64,000 nt of DNA from an uncultured Gemmatimonadales bacterium (GCA_963810185.1 CAWEMJ010000007.1:220447-284446); one strand, 5' to 3'; numbered from the stretch's first letter, positions 18,709 through 28,566 are shown. Numbers and translations are program-made. The notes: generated by a model from the letters alone, not told the origin.

Positions 18709-20075
18709 GCAAAGACCGGTACGCCAAGCGCGAGCAGACCCACCCCGCGCACTGCATTGCCCGGGTTAGATAGGACGGACCCCACCACCACGTAGCCTGC
18801 CGCAGCCACGAAGACCCAAAGCGCGAGCGGATATCCCGGCACCCGAAACGGTATGCCTGCCATGCCGTCGCGCCGGCGGAACACAAGCAGCGTGGCCGCC
18901 GTGAGTCCGAAGAAGATCCAGTCGGCAAAGACCACATAGTCGAGCAGGGCGCCGTACTGCCCCGAGTACACCAGCGCCGCCGACCACACCCCGAGAAACA
19001 CGATGGCCGGCACCGGCGTCCGGAACCGCGGATGCAGCCGGGCGAACCCCTCGAAAAAGAGCCCGTCGGCGGCCATCGCCTGGAAGACCCGCGGTGTCAC
19101 CAGGATCACCAAATTGAGGAAACCGAAGGTCGAACAGGCGATGCCCGCCGTAATGATCACACGTCCCGCGGAGCCGAGAAGAACTTCCATCGTGTCGGCG
19201 GCGGGAGCGGTGCTCGCGGCGAGCCCGTCCACTCCCAGCGCACCGAGGTACGCCACGTTGGCCAGGACGTACACCAGCACCACCGCCATCACGCCCAGCA
19301 CCAGCGCCCGCGGCAGGTTCTTTTCCGGCTCGACCAGTTCCTCCGCAATGAAATTGGTCTGTTGCCACCCGCCGTACGCGAAAAGCACCGGCACCAGCGC
19401 CGCGGCCACCGCGCCGACCATCGCCCCCATGCCCTGCGGCACGGCAAGCGCGGCGCAGCTCACGCACGGCGGGGCGGGGTGGCCCAATGCGCGAAGGCCT
19501 GCCCCGACCACCATAGCGATGGCGGCGAGCTTCAGGACGGTGAAGACGTTCTGCGTGACAGCACCGAAGGTGACGCCGAGGCAGTTGATCAGTGTCAGCA
19601 GCAGGATGGCCGCCACCGCCACCGGCCGGACCAGTGCCGGTGAAAAGCCCACCAGTGCGGCGGAATAATTGGAAAAGGTGACCGCCACCGCGGCGATGGC
19701 ACCGGGGGCCATGATGAGGAGCAGCGCCCAGGCATAGAGAAAAGCGGGCAGAGGGCCGAAGGCCTCGCGCAGGTAGGCGTAGCCGCCTCCCACCTTGGGG
19801 CGGCGCTGTCCCAGTTCGCCGTAGATGAACGCCCCGATGAGCGCCACCACGCCGCCGCCGATCCAGACACCAAGGGTCGCGGCGGGAGTGCCCACCCGCT
19901 GCGCCACGATGGACGGATTGAGGAAGATGCCAGACCCGATGATTCCGCCGATGACGGACATGGTGCCGGAAAAGAGGCCCAGGCGACGCGCATAAGTGAC
20001 GGCCACAGCGACTCCGGAAGAGGGACGGCGAATGTACGGCGGGGTGGGGGTGGGCGCCAGCGGTCCGGCAACCAT
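18678..20075 (-). CDS. APC-family amino-acid permease
   Basis: ORF 18678..20228; the likely start is ATG 20075 (MVAGPLAP...). MSVIGGIIGSGIFLNPS...YGELGQRRPKVGGGYAYLREAFG; 12-TM APC signature. Confidence 0.85.
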   Translation of the reverse strand: MVAGPLAPTPTPPYIRRPSSGVAVAVTYARRLGLFSGTMSVIGGIIGSGIFLNPSIVAQRVGTPAATLGVWIGGGVVALIGAFIYGELGQRRPKVGGGYAYLREAFGPLPAFLYAWALLLIMAPGAIAAVAVTFSNYSAALVGFSPALVRPVAVAAILLLTLINCLGVTFGAVTQNVFTVLKLAAIAMVVGAGLRALGHPAPPCVSCAALAVPQGMGAMVGAVAAALVPVLFAYGGWQQTNFIAEELVEPEKNLPRALVLGVMAVVLVYVLANVAYLGALGVDGLAASTAPAADTMEVLLGSAGRVIITAGIACSTFGFLNLVILVTPRVFQAMAADGLFFEGFARLHPRFRTPVPAIVFLGVWSAALVYSGQYGALLDYVVFADWIFFGLTAATLLVFRRRDGMAGIPFRVPGYPLALWVFVAAAGYVVVGSVLSNPGNAVRGVGLLALGVPVFAYWRSAAARR

Positions 20076-20152
20076 GAAGGCTGGGGGTTGGGTAAATTGA
20101 GCGGTGTCTGGCGGGCTCCGCCGCCGCCGCGTCCCCTGTCGACTGGAATCGT

Positions 20153-20545
20153 ATGGCACCGCGAGCCAAGAAGTCACCGAAGACCACCGCCCAGGCGACA
20201 GCGGAGGGCGAGGCTGTCGGGCCCGCACTGCGCTTCCATCAATCGGCGGAGTCGCGCGCCAGGATGCTGGCCGTGCTCACCGCGCTCGAGGAAGCCGACG
20301 ACCCGGAAGACCACCGCGATGCGCTCGCCGACCTGGTCGCCGAACTCACCGAAAGCGGCATGGATTATTACTACATGCGGGCGCTCAAGCTCGCCAAGAC
20401 CGGCTACGTCGCCCAGCAGTCGGCACGGATGGGCATTTCAGGCGCCGTGACGATGATCAGTTCGGTCAGTCGACGCTTTATCGTGCGCATGGACAAGGCC
20501 CAGCTGCTGACGGTGGCCGCCCACATTCGCAGCCTCGCGGACTAG
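20153..20545 (+). CDS. Hypothetical protein
   Basis: 130-aa ORF with coding-like composition and high third-position G+C. No family recognised. Confidence 0.55.
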   Translation: MAPRAKKSPKTTAQATAEGEAVGPALRFHQSAESRARMLAVLTALEEADDPEDHRDALADLVAELTESGMDYYYMRALKLAKTGYVAQQSARMGISGAVTMISSVSRRFIVRMDKAQLLTVAAHIRSLAD

Positions 20546-20552
20546 GTGTTCC

Positions 20553-20912
20553 ATGCCCCATCTCTATAGCGTCGCCGTGTTCGTGACCGACCTCGACCGG
20601 GCGCTCCTGTTTTACCGTGATCACCTCGGGCTTCCTCTGCTGAGACAGGGATCCTTCGGCGCCGAATTTCTCGAGGGCGAGACCCGCCTCGGTGTGCATC
20701 CGGCGGTGCACCCCGATGCGCAGGCCCTGGTGGGTCGTCACACCGGGATGACCTTTCACGTGGAGGAGCTGCTCGATTTCTGCGAGCGGCTGCACCAGCG
20801 CGGCGTGACCTTCGTGTCCGAACCGACCCAGCAGGGCTTCGGCATCATGGCCATGGTGGCCGATCCCGACGGAAACATCATCGCCCTCTGGGAGGACAAG
20901 GTCCCCGAGTAG
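20553..20912 (+). CDS. VOC-family (glyoxalase/bleomycin-resistance/dioxygenase) protein
   Basis: 119 aa. HLYSVAVFVTDLDRALLFYRDHLGL...GMTFHVEELLDFCERLHQRGVTFVSEP...ADPDGNIIALWE, a typical VOC fold. Confidence 0.85.
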   Translation: MPHLYSVAVFVTDLDRALLFYRDHLGLPLLRQGSFGAEFLEGETRLGVHPAVHPDAQALVGRHTGMTFHVEELLDFCERLHQRGVTFVSEPTQQGFGIMAMVADPDGNIIALWEDKVPE

Positions 20913-20929
20913 GGCATTCCGCCCCGAAA

Positions 20930-23236
20930 TTGGATGTGCAGCACCCCGCGCGTCGTTCGTCCAACCTGTTATCAACAAACCACTTCGACAGACACCGCAG
21001 GGTCGGCACGTGGGTTGCCTCGCTCTCCCCCTCTGACCCCTCTCGATCCGGACCGGTCTCCGTGCGATTCTGTGTGCCCCGTCACCTGCGCCCTGCCACA
21101 CTTCTGTCCGTCGGCCTCCTGGCCCTCCTGACCGCCTGCGGCGGGAAGGACACCACCGGCCCCACGGTGGGGTCGCTCGCCATCGGCGTCACCGGCCTTC
21201 CAGGCACGGCGACACCCAGCGTCACCGTATCGGGGCCCGACGGTTTCTCGCAGATCGTGGGCCCCTCGGCTGCGACGCTGGCCGACCTCCCGCCGGGCAC
21301 CTATACCATCGTGGCGGCAGGGGTGAGCGACGGAGGCACCTCGTACGTACCCCTCCCAGCCACCCAGACCGCGCGCGTCACCGCCGGCGGCGCCGCCAAT
21401 GCCTCCGTGTCCTACACCGCCACACCGGGCTCGCTCAGCCTCACGGTGAGTGGGCTTCCCGGAAGCGTGAACGCCGCCGTGACCGTGTCCGGACCGTCGG
21501 GCTACTCGTCCGCGCACACCGGCAGCGTCGTCCTCTCCGGGCTGGCGCCCGGCACCTACACCGTCTCGGCCGCGGTGGCCGGCACCGCCACCCTGTATGA
21601 CCCGAGCCCACTCACCCAGAGCGTGGCAATCACGAGCAGTGCGGCCGCCGCGGCCGCCGTCAACTACGTGCAGCGCGCCTCCGTGTCGTTCAACCTGCGG
21701 ATTGACGGGTTCCATGTAACCCAGAGCGTGCAGACCTACGATCGATCGGTGCCGCTGGTCTCGGGGCGGAACGGATTCCTGAGGGTGTTCGTGGTGGCCA
21801 ATCAGGCGAACACGACCGCGCCGGATGTGCGCGCCCGCTTCTACCGCGCGGGCACGCTGATTCAGACCCTGACCATCGCTGCTCCTGGTGCCAGCGTCCC
21901 GACGGACACGGCCGCCAGCCAGGCCACCCTTTCGCGAACCTGGAACGCCACGCTCCCGGCCACACTGCTTCAGCCGGGACTCGACATCGTGCTGGACGTG
22001 GACCCGACGAATCTCATTCCCGAGGCGAGTGACGCCGACAACAGCTACCCCACGAACGGCACGCCGCTCAGCCTCAACCTGCGAACGGTCGCCCCGCTGG
22101 ATCTGCGCTTTGTTCCGATCCGCCGCACTGCCGACAACACCACCGGAAACGTGACGGCGGCCAATGCTGCGCAGTTCGCCGACCAGACAGTGCGGGTACA
22201 TCCACTGGCCGCCGTGAATGTCGACGTGCGGGCGGCGTACACGTACACTGACACGGCGCAGATCCAGTCGGGCGATGGCAACGGGGTCTGGCTCCGGATT
22301 CTGAGTCAGATGAGCGCGTTGCAGGCGGCCGAGGGAGGCACGAAAAATTATTACGGTGTGATTGCAGTCCCCTACGGCAGCGGCATTGCAGGATACGGAT
22401 ACGTGCCAGGCCGTTCCGCGGTCGGCTGGGACAAATTGCCGAGCGCGTCGGGCGTGGCGGCGCACGAGCTGGGGCACAATTTCGGGCGATCCCACGCGCC
22501 GTGTGGCGGTGTCAGCTCTTCGGATCCGAACTACCCCTATGCCGGCGGCGTGACCGGGCAATGGGGCTACGATCTGGTCGCCGGCACCCTGAAGCCGCCC
22601 ACCAGCACCGATCTCATGGGGTACTGCGGCACCACCTGGATCAGCGACTACACCTATGTCGGCGTGCTGAATCAGCGCGGCCCCGCGCCCGCCATCCAGG
22701 TCGGAACGGTTCGCGAGCCGACCCTGATCGTCTGGGGGCGGATCCGCGACGGGGAGGTCGTGCTGGAGCCGGCGTTCGAGGCCACCACCGAGGCCCGGAT
22801 GCCGCTGACCGCCGGTCCGAATCTCCTGCAGGGCTTCGACGCCGCCGGGGGCGAGGCGTTCCGGCTGGCCTTCAGCGCCACGCCGGTGGCCGACGCCCCG
22901 CATGACGAGGCGCACTTCGCCTTCGCCGTGCCGCTGCGGCTGATCCGCGGGTCGCTGGCGCGGCTCCAGCTCGACAGCCGTGGCCAGCGCGCAGAACTGG
23001 CGACGACTGGCGCCCGCGCGGCAGGCCGCGTGTCCAGCCTCCGGGTGGATCGTTCCGGCAACGCGACCACGGTCCGCTGGAACGCCACCGACTATCCCCT
23101 TGCCGTCGTTCGCGACGCCAGCGGGCGGATCCTGTCCCTGGCCCAGGGCGGGAGCGTCACCCTCGACAACTCCCCGGACGCGCTGGACGTGACGCTCTCG
23201 GACCGGACCCGAAGCCGCACCGAGCGCATCCGCTAG
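20930..23236 (+). CDS. Secreted lipoprotein with tandem Ig-like repeats and a metzincin (HExxHxxGxxH) protease domain
   Basis: Lipobox LLALLTAC-GG. The real start is probably GTG 21062 or 21074 rather than 20930. Two similar modules of about 85 aa (SLAIGVTGLPGTATPSVTVSGPDGF...PPGTYTIVAAGV / SLSLTVSGLPGSVNAAVTVSGPSGY...APGTYTVSAAVA). Zinc motif HELGHNFGRSH followed by DLMGYC. Confidence 0.75.
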   Translation: MDVQHPARRSSNLLSTNHFDRHRRVGTWVASLSPSDPSRSGPVSVRFCVPRHLRPATLLSVGLLALLTACGGKDTTGPTVGSLAIGVTGLPGTATPSVTVSGPDGFSQIVGPSAATLADLPPGTYTIVAAGVSDGGTSYVPLPATQTARVTAGGAANASVSYTATPGSLSLTVSGLPGSVNAAVTVSGPSGYSSAHTGSVVLSGLAPGTYTVSAAVAGTATLYDPSPLTQSVAITSSAAAAAAVNYVQRASVSFNLRIDGFHVTQSVQTYDRSVPLVSGRNGFLRVFVVANQANTTAPDVRARFYRAGTLIQTLTIAAPGASVPTDTAASQATLSRTWNATLPATLLQPGLDIVLDVDPTNLIPEASDADNSYPTNGTPLSLNLRTVAPLDLRFVPIRRTADNTTGNVTAANAAQFADQTVRVHPLAAVNVDVRAAYTYTDTAQIQSGDGNGVWLRILSQMSALQAAEGGTKNYYGVIAVPYGSGIAGYGYVPGRSAVGWDKLPSASGVAAHELGHNFGRSHAPCGGVSSSDPNYPYAGGVTGQWGYDLVAGTLKPPTSTDLMGYCGTTWISDYTYVGVLNQRGPAPAIQVGTVREPTLIVWGRIRDGEVVLEPAFEATTEARMPLTAGPNLLQGFDAAGGEAFRLAFSATPVADAPHDEAHFAFAVPLRLIRGSLARLQLDSRGQRAELATTGARAAGRVSSLRVDRSGNATTVRWNATDYPLAVVRDASGRILSLAQGGSVTLDNSPDALDVTLSDRTRSRTERIR

Positions 23237-23242
23237 GGCGTT

Positions 23243-23297
23243 CCCCCGCTCCACCTGCTGGAGAGGGGGACAGGGGGTGAGGCGGCGGCCCCGCCTC
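23243..23297 (+). terminator. Two tandem GC-rich hairpins after the metzincin gene
   Basis: Hairpin 1: CCCCCGCTCCA-cctgc-TGGAGAGGGGG (23243-23269, one mismatch). Hairpin 2: GAGGCGG-cggcc-CCGCCTC (23279-23297), followed by cccgcTATTTT. Confidence 0.5.
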
Positions 23298-23313
23298 CCC
23301 GCTATTTTCCGTC

Positions 23314-24063
23314 ATGCGCCGCTTCCTGCAGACTCTGGGCTCCGCGTGGGCCTGGCTCGCCATCGCCATCGTGATCATCCTCTGGTTCCCCACGATGTGC
23401 GTGGTGTATGTCGTGACCCTCCCGTTCGACCGGGGTCGCTACGCCGTCGGCTGGTGGTTCCGTCGCATGGGTGTGGCGATGTCCGCGGTCAACCCCTACT
23501 GGCGCTTCAGCCGAGCCGGGATGGCCGTCACCGACCCGCGCCGGCCCTACGTGGTCGTCTCGAACCACGAGTCTTTCGCCGACATCCTGCTCATCTGCCA
23601 TCTCCCGTTCGAGATGAAATGGCTCTCGAAAGTGGAGATCCTCGGGATCCCGTTTGTTGGCTGGATGATGCGAATGGCGGGAGATATTCCCCTCAAGCGG
23701 GGATTTGGCCCCAGCGCAGTCGAGGCGATGGAGCGCTGCCGGGAGTCGCTGCGGAACCGGGTTTCGGTGATTTTCTTTCCGGAGGGGACCCGCTCGGTGG
23801 ACGGCACCATGCTGCCGTTCAAGGACGGCGCCTTCCGTCTGGCCATCGAGGCCGGCGTCCCGATCCTGCCGCTCGCCGTGGCGGGCACCCGCACGGCGCT
23901 CCCCAAGCACGACTGGCGCTTCAACCCGGCGCGCGCCGTGGTCGAGGTGCTGCCGCCGATCGCAACCGAGGGACTCACGCTGGCGGATCTGCCCCAACTG
24001 AAGGAGCGCGTCCGCACCACCATCCAGGTGGCGCGCGACGCGCTCCGCGCCCGGCTCGCCTGA
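23314..24063 (+). CDS. plsC: 1-acyl-sn-glycerol-3-phosphate (lysophospholipid) acyltransferase
   Basis: 249 aa with an N-terminal TM helix, the HX4D motif (NHESFADILL) and FFPEGTRS. Confidence 0.85.
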   Translation: MRRFLQTLGSAWAWLAIAIVIILWFPTMCVVYVVTLPFDRGRYAVGWWFRRMGVAMSAVNPYWRFSRAGMAVTDPRRPYVVVSNHESFADILLICHLPFEMKWLSKVEILGIPFVGWMMRMAGDIPLKRGFGPSAVEAMERCRESLRNRVSVIFFPEGTRSVDGTMLPFKDGAFRLAIEAGVPILPLAVAGTRTALPKHDWRFNPARAVVEVLPPIATEGLTLADLPQLKERVRTTIQVARDALRARLA

Positions 24064-24066
24064 GCG

Positions 24067-24531
24067 TTACTTCCCCGCCAGCGCCTTCTTGACCCGCGCC
24101 CGCATGTGGTCGACAATGGTGCGGCCCATCGGCACTTCGGTGGCCACCCACTCCGCGTTTGCGAACGACCGCGGCGAGGACGCCGCGCGAATCTCCGCCA
24201 GGTAGGGCTCCACCCGCGCGTACAGCAGCAGCCCCTCGCCGTTGTTCTCCACCAGGAAATCGCCGTGGATGATTCCGTGCCGCGCCATCCGGTACACCAT
24301 CTCCCAGTAGGTGGACACCTGGCGATAGGCGCGGTTCAGCGGGTGGTCTGGCGCCAGGACCGCCACCGCCTCCTTGGCGTTCTTGGGCAGGAACTCCCGG
24401 GTGAGCTGGTCGCGCGCTTCGCGCAGGACCGGCTCACGGCGCAGATCGTAGAGCTTGAGGATGAGGTCCGCGTCGAGATGGTCGGGGGCGTCCTTCTGCA
24501 TGCCGTCTCCAGGGTGAATGGCGAGAGTCAC
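24067..24531 (-). CDS. Hypothetical protein
   Basis: 154-aa ORF with coding-like composition. Family not recognised. Confidence 0.6.
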   Translation of the reverse strand: MTLAIHPGDGMQKDAPDHLDADLILKLYDLRREPVLREARDQLTREFLPKNAKEAVAVLAPDHPLNRAYRQVSTYWEMVYRMARHGIIHGDFLVENNGEGLLLYARVEPYLAEIRAASSPRSFANAEWVATEVPMGRTIVDHMRARVKKALAGK

Positions 24532-24541
24532 CGCGTGCGCT

Positions 24542-24952
24542 TCATTGTCCCGCGAGCGCGTCGGCCACGCGCGCCAGGCGGGTTCTCGCCTCGGTCGCGA
24601 CAGCCCGGAGCGCCGGGTCCTGGTCCATGCCGCCGACCGAGAGCATCACGTCGGGATCGGCGATGCGGACCACCGAGCCGGGGCCGGATGCCTCGACCGT
24701 CACATTACACGGCAGGAGGAGCCCCGCCTCCGCGTAGTGACTGAGCGCCTTGTGCGCGAGCGTCGGATTGCACGCGCCCAGGATTGCGTAGGGCCGGAAC
24801 TCCACGCCGAGCTTCTCCTTCAGCGTGGCATGGACGTCGATCCGGGTCAGGACGCCAAACCCCTCGGCCTTGAGCGCCGCGGTCACGGTCTCGATGGCCC
24901 GGTCGAACGGCTGCGCCAGCGTCGCCTCAAAGGCGAGCGATGTCGTCGTCAT
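24542..24952 (-). CDS. DUF302 domain protein
   Basis: 136 aa. FDRAIETVTAALKAEGFGVLTRIDVHATLKEKLGVEFRPYAILGACNP matches the DUF302 pattern. Confidence 0.8.
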   Translation of the reverse strand: MTTTSLAFEATLAQPFDRAIETVTAALKAEGFGVLTRIDVHATLKEKLGVEFRPYAILGACNPTLAHKALSHYAEAGLLLPCNVTVEASGPGSVVRIADPDVMLSVGGMDQDPALRAVATEARTRLARVADALAGQ

Positions 24953-25434
24953 GTTGCACGTCCCTTCTTTTGATAGGTACCCATCAACTCGGCCTGGCCG
25001 AGCTCGTGCCCGGCCATGGCCACCAAGAGAGCTGCCTTGGTGGGCGTGCCGAGATCCGGCAGCACCGTGTCCAGCGCATAGAGTTTGTGGAAATAGCGAT
25101 GGCGACCAATCGGCGGACAGGGCCCGCCGTAGCCGGTGCGCTTCCAGTCATTCAATCCCTCACGGGTCCCACCGGGCAGCTCACCAGGGGTGACGCCTTC
25201 CGGCACTCCACCCGACTCGGTCGGAATATTGTACAGCACCCAATGGACGTAGGTCATCTTCGGCGCCGCGGGATCCGGCGCATCGGGATCATCGACGATC
25301 AGCGCCAGGCTCCTGGTGCCCGTGGGAACACCGGTCCAGGAGAGCGCAGGCGCCAGATCCTTCCCCTCGCAGGTGCAGCGCGATGGGATGTCGCCGCCGT
25401 GGACGAACGTCGTGGAAGCGAGCGTGAGCGACAT
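24949..25434 (-). CDS. YbhB/YbcL-family PEBP (Raf kinase inhibitor-like) protein
   Basis: 161 aa. ALIVDDPDAP...YVHWVLYNIP...GYGGPCPPIGRHRYFHKLYALD are canonical bacterial PEBP motifs. Confidence 0.85.
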   Translation of the reverse strand: MSLTLASTTFVHGGDIPSRCTCEGKDLAPALSWTGVPTGTRSLALIVDDPDAPDPAAPKMTYVHWVLYNIPTESGGVPEGVTPGELPGGTREGLNDWKRTGYGGPCPPIGRHRYFHKLYALDTVLPDLGTPTKAALLVAMAGHELGQAELMGTYQKKGRAT

Positions 25435-25450
25435 GCGGCGTTCCTTTCGA

Positions 25451-27127
25451 TCAGACCCCGACCGCGTTCAAAGCCTCCTCGGCTTCGGCCCTGGCCACGC
25501 CGATTGGCGCGCGCACGGTGGCGCCCTGCTTGCCCGGCACGAGGCTCATGGCGTATTCGGCGAGCGCGGTAATCGTGAGACTCGGGTTCACGCCCGGATT
25601 GGCCGGCACGATCGAGCCGTCGATGGCATAGAGGCCCGGATACTCGTGCACCTGGCAATCGAGGCCGACCACGCCCTCCGTCGCATTCTGGCCGAAGGGA
25701 CAGCCGCCCAGGATGTGCGCCGTCATCGGGATGCCGAGCAGGCTTTCGTTGATGGAACCGGCCGGGATGCCATTGATCTTCTCCGCGAACCGCTGCGTCA
25801 CCTTGCGGCTGACCTCGATGGCGGAGGGATGCCCGCTCGCCGGATCAGGGTGAGACACCAGCCCGAGGCGGAAGAGGGTAAAGAGACTCCGCCCGAACCG
25901 GAAGCGCAGCTTGGTGTCGTCGGTCTGCATCGCGAGGATGATCGTGGTGCGCTGGGCCCACCGCGGAAGGAAGTGCGTCCGCGCAAAATCGACCGGCCGG
26001 GAAACAATGCCCCACAGCGAGAGCGCGACCCGCGTGAGCCCGCCGCCCGAGTCGATGATCGGCCCGGTCAGCAGCCGCATCAGCGACGAACCCGGGGAGT
26101 AACGCACCGGTTCGATGGTAGTGATCGCGTCGGCGTGGACGATGGAGGTGATGGCGATGCCCTGGGAGTAATCCGACGCGTCATCGCGGGCGATGACGCC
26201 GAGCAGCGATTCGTTGTTGGTGCGGACCAGGTCGCCGAGGCGCCCGGAGATACGGGGCAGGGAACCGGTCACGTCGCGACAGCGGAAGAAGAGGCGAAGC
26301 GTGCCGAGCGCGCCGGCGGCGGCGACGACGTTCCGGGTGCGAACCCGCTTCTCCCCCTTGAACCAAAGCGCGGAGGAGGAGCGATACACCACCTCATACC
26401 GGGCTCCATCGGCCTGGCCGTCTGGCAGCGGAATGATGTCCCGCACCTCGGCCTCAGCTTCCACTTCGGCGCCCCACTTCTCGGCCAGGTAGAGATAGTT
26501 CTTGACCAGCGTGTTCTTGGCGTTGTAGCGGCACCCCACCATGCAGCCGCCGCAGTGAATGCAGCCGGCGCGGGCGGGGCCTTCGCCGCCGAAGTACGGG
26601 TCGGGCACCTCCTCGCCCTCGTCGTCCGGCACGCCGAAAAAGGTGCCGACCGGCGTCAGCTGCCAGGTGTCCGCCGTCCCGAGTTCCCCGGCGATTTCCC
26701 GCAGCAGGACATCGGCCGGCCAGGTGCGCGGGTTCACCGCCACACCGAGCATGCGGCGCGCCGTGTCGTAGTGCGGCTGGAGCAGGGCCTTCCAGTCGGC
26801 GAGGTGCCGCCACGCCGGCGCGGAGAACATCTCGTCGCCCGGCGCCATGAGCACGTTGGCGTAGCCCAGGCTTCCTCCGCCGACCCCGGAACCGTGCAGG
26901 ACGAACACGTCCCGGAAGGGGCTGATCTGCAGGATGCCGAAGCAGCGGAGCGCTGGGGCCCAGAGGGACTTCCGGACGTTCCAGTTGGAACGCGCAAAGT
27001 CCTCGTCGCGGTAGCGCTTGCCCCGCTCGAGCACCCGCACCCGGTAGCCCTTCTCCGTCAGGCGAAGCGCCGAGACGCTGCCGCCAAACCCGGAGCCGAC
27101 GATGACAAAATCCAGAATGCCCGACAT
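25451..27127 (-). CDS. GMC-family FAD oxidoreductase (cholesterol-oxidase-like)
   Basis: 558 aa with an N-terminal FAD fold (DFVIVGSGFGGSVSALRLTEKGYRVRVLERG) and a C-terminal GMC region (HILGGCPFG...IDGSIVPANPGVNPSLTITALAE). Confidence 0.85.
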   Translation of the reverse strand: MSGILDFVIVGSGFGGSVSALRLTEKGYRVRVLERGKRYRDEDFARSNWNVRKSLWAPALRCFGILQISPFRDVFVLHGSGVGGGSLGYANVLMAPGDEMFSAPAWRHLADWKALLQPHYDTARRMLGVAVNPRTWPADVLLREIAGELGTADTWQLTPVGTFFGVPDDEGEEVPDPYFGGEGPARAGCIHCGGCMVGCRYNAKNTLVKNYLYLAEKWGAEVEAEAEVRDIIPLPDGQADGARYEVVYRSSSALWFKGEKRVRTRNVVAAAGALGTLRLFFRCRDVTGSLPRISGRLGDLVRTNNESLLGVIARDDASDYSQGIAITSIVHADAITTIEPVRYSPGSSLMRLLTGPIIDSGGGLTRVALSLWGIVSRPVDFARTHFLPRWAQRTTIILAMQTDDTKLRFRFGRSLFTLFRLGLVSHPDPASGHPSAIEVSRKVTQRFAEKINGIPAGSINESLLGIPMTAHILGGCPFGQNATEGVVGLDCQVHEYPGLYAIDGSIVPANPGVNPSLTITALAEYAMSLVPGKQGATVRAPIGVARAEAEEALNAVGV

Positions 27128-27218
27128 GTATGCCTTTCACGGACGTCGGTGTTCCTTCTTCACCCCTCAACCGACCGGCTCCTTCACGGCCATCGAATCC
27201 AGCCACCAGTCCAGCTAC

Positions 27219-28121
27219 AAGAATTCGCTTCCCGAACGCCGACTCCAGCAGTTCGACGGCCAGCACCGCCGAGCGGTTGCGCTCGTCGAGGATTGGATTG
27301 ACCTCCACCACTTCGAGTGACGTCATACTCTTCGAGGACGAGATCAGTTCCATGATCGTGTGGGCCTCCCGGTAATCGAGCCCACCCTTGACCGGCGTCC
27401 CGACGCCCGGGGCCAGCGCCGGATCCACGGCATCCAGGTCGAAGCTGACGTGCAGGCAATCGGTGCCGTCGGTGACCCGGGCCAGCGCGTCGCTCATGAC
27501 GGCATGAATCCCGTCCCGGTCGATTTCCGACATGGTGTACACCCGGATGCCCAGGTCGGCCAGGTGTTTCCGCTCCCCATCCTCGAGGCTCCGGATCCCC
27601 ACCAGCGCAATGTGCTGCGGGTCGATCTTGGGGCCGGCTCCTCCCACGCCCGAGAGCTCCTTCGGCCCGAGGCCGAAGAGGGCGGCCAGCGGCATGCCGT
27701 GGATATTGCCGGAAGGCGAGGTCTTGGGGACGTGGATGTCGCTGTGGGCGTCGATCCAGAGCACGCCGAGCTTTTTCTGCTGCTTGCGGCAGTACGACGC
27801 GACGCCGGAAATCGTCCCGATGGCGATCGAGTGATCCCCACCCAGCACCAGGGGAAATCGCCTGCGCTCAAGGATCCGCTCGATCGCCTTGGCGAGCAGG
27901 CCGGAGGCCCGGGCGATCTCCCCGAGGTATCGGGCATGTCGGCTCCCGATGGGGATCTCTTCCATGTTCTTGATGTCGAGGTCGCCGCCGTCGAAGACGC
28001 GGTGACCCCGGGCGGCGAGGGCGGCTGCGACGCCTGCGATCCGGAGCGCGGATGGACCCATGTCCACGCCACGCCGACCGGAACCGAGGTCCATCGGAAC
28101 GCCAAGGAGTTCGATATTCAT
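27219..28121 (-). CDS. rocF: Arginase; homologous core of 301 aa, but the ORF itself continues to 26454
   Basis: MNIELLGVPMDLGSGRRGVDMGP...GGDHSIAIGT...WIDAHSDIH...SFDLDAVDP...EVNP...LLESAFGKRIL carries the ureohydrolase Mn-binding motifs. The end coordinate given is the conserved C-terminus. In frame there is no stop until 26454 (see finding). Confidence 0.85.
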
Positions 28122-28170
28122 CCGACTACGCTACCTACAACGGCGAGGGGCCGCAACGTGGGGAAGCCGC

Positions 28171-28437
28171 TTACCGCAGCATCACTTCGGCCTCTTCCTC
28201 CATCCGCTGCAGCCGGGTGTAGTAGTCGCGCAACTCCAGCAGGTGCGCGAGCGCGATCTTGCCGGTGAGCCGGAGGTCGTCCCCCGTGACGTTGGTGACC
28301 ACGTTCCGCACGCCGTGCTCCAGTTCCACCTCCAACCCCATCCGGAACTGCTCCAGATCCACAGCGGCCCAGTTGATTCCGATCTCGTCGCCTACACGCC
28401 GGGCCTCCTCGGCCGAAAATATCCGCTGGCTGACCAT
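28171..28437 (-). CDS. Small conserved hypothetical protein (resembles DUF5661-type proteins; from memory)
   Basis: 88-aa acidic ORF: FSAEEARRVGDEIGINWAAVDLEQFRMGLEVELEHG...IALAHLLELRDYY. Confidence 0.55.
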   Translation of the reverse strand: MVSQRIFSAEEARRVGDEIGINWAAVDLEQFRMGLEVELEHGVRNVVTNVTGDDLRLTGKIALAHLLELRDYYTRLQRMEEEAEVMLR

Positions 28438-28566
28438 GGGTCCCCCTCCCGAATGCCGACCGGCGCTTGCCCGTCAGCCACCCCCGCAGTGGCAGGGGTG
28501 GACTCGAAGGATGAGCGCGGCGGTCGTGAAGGGGTGGTGAAGGAAGGGGGAGAGTGTCTTGGCCGA

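Noticed and set aside
28478-28501. Hairpin CCACCCC-N10-GGGGTGG between the DinB and small-protein genes, considered as a terminator
   Set aside because: It has only a 7-bp stem, no U-run on either strand, and both neighbours are co-directional. The evidence is insufficient to call.
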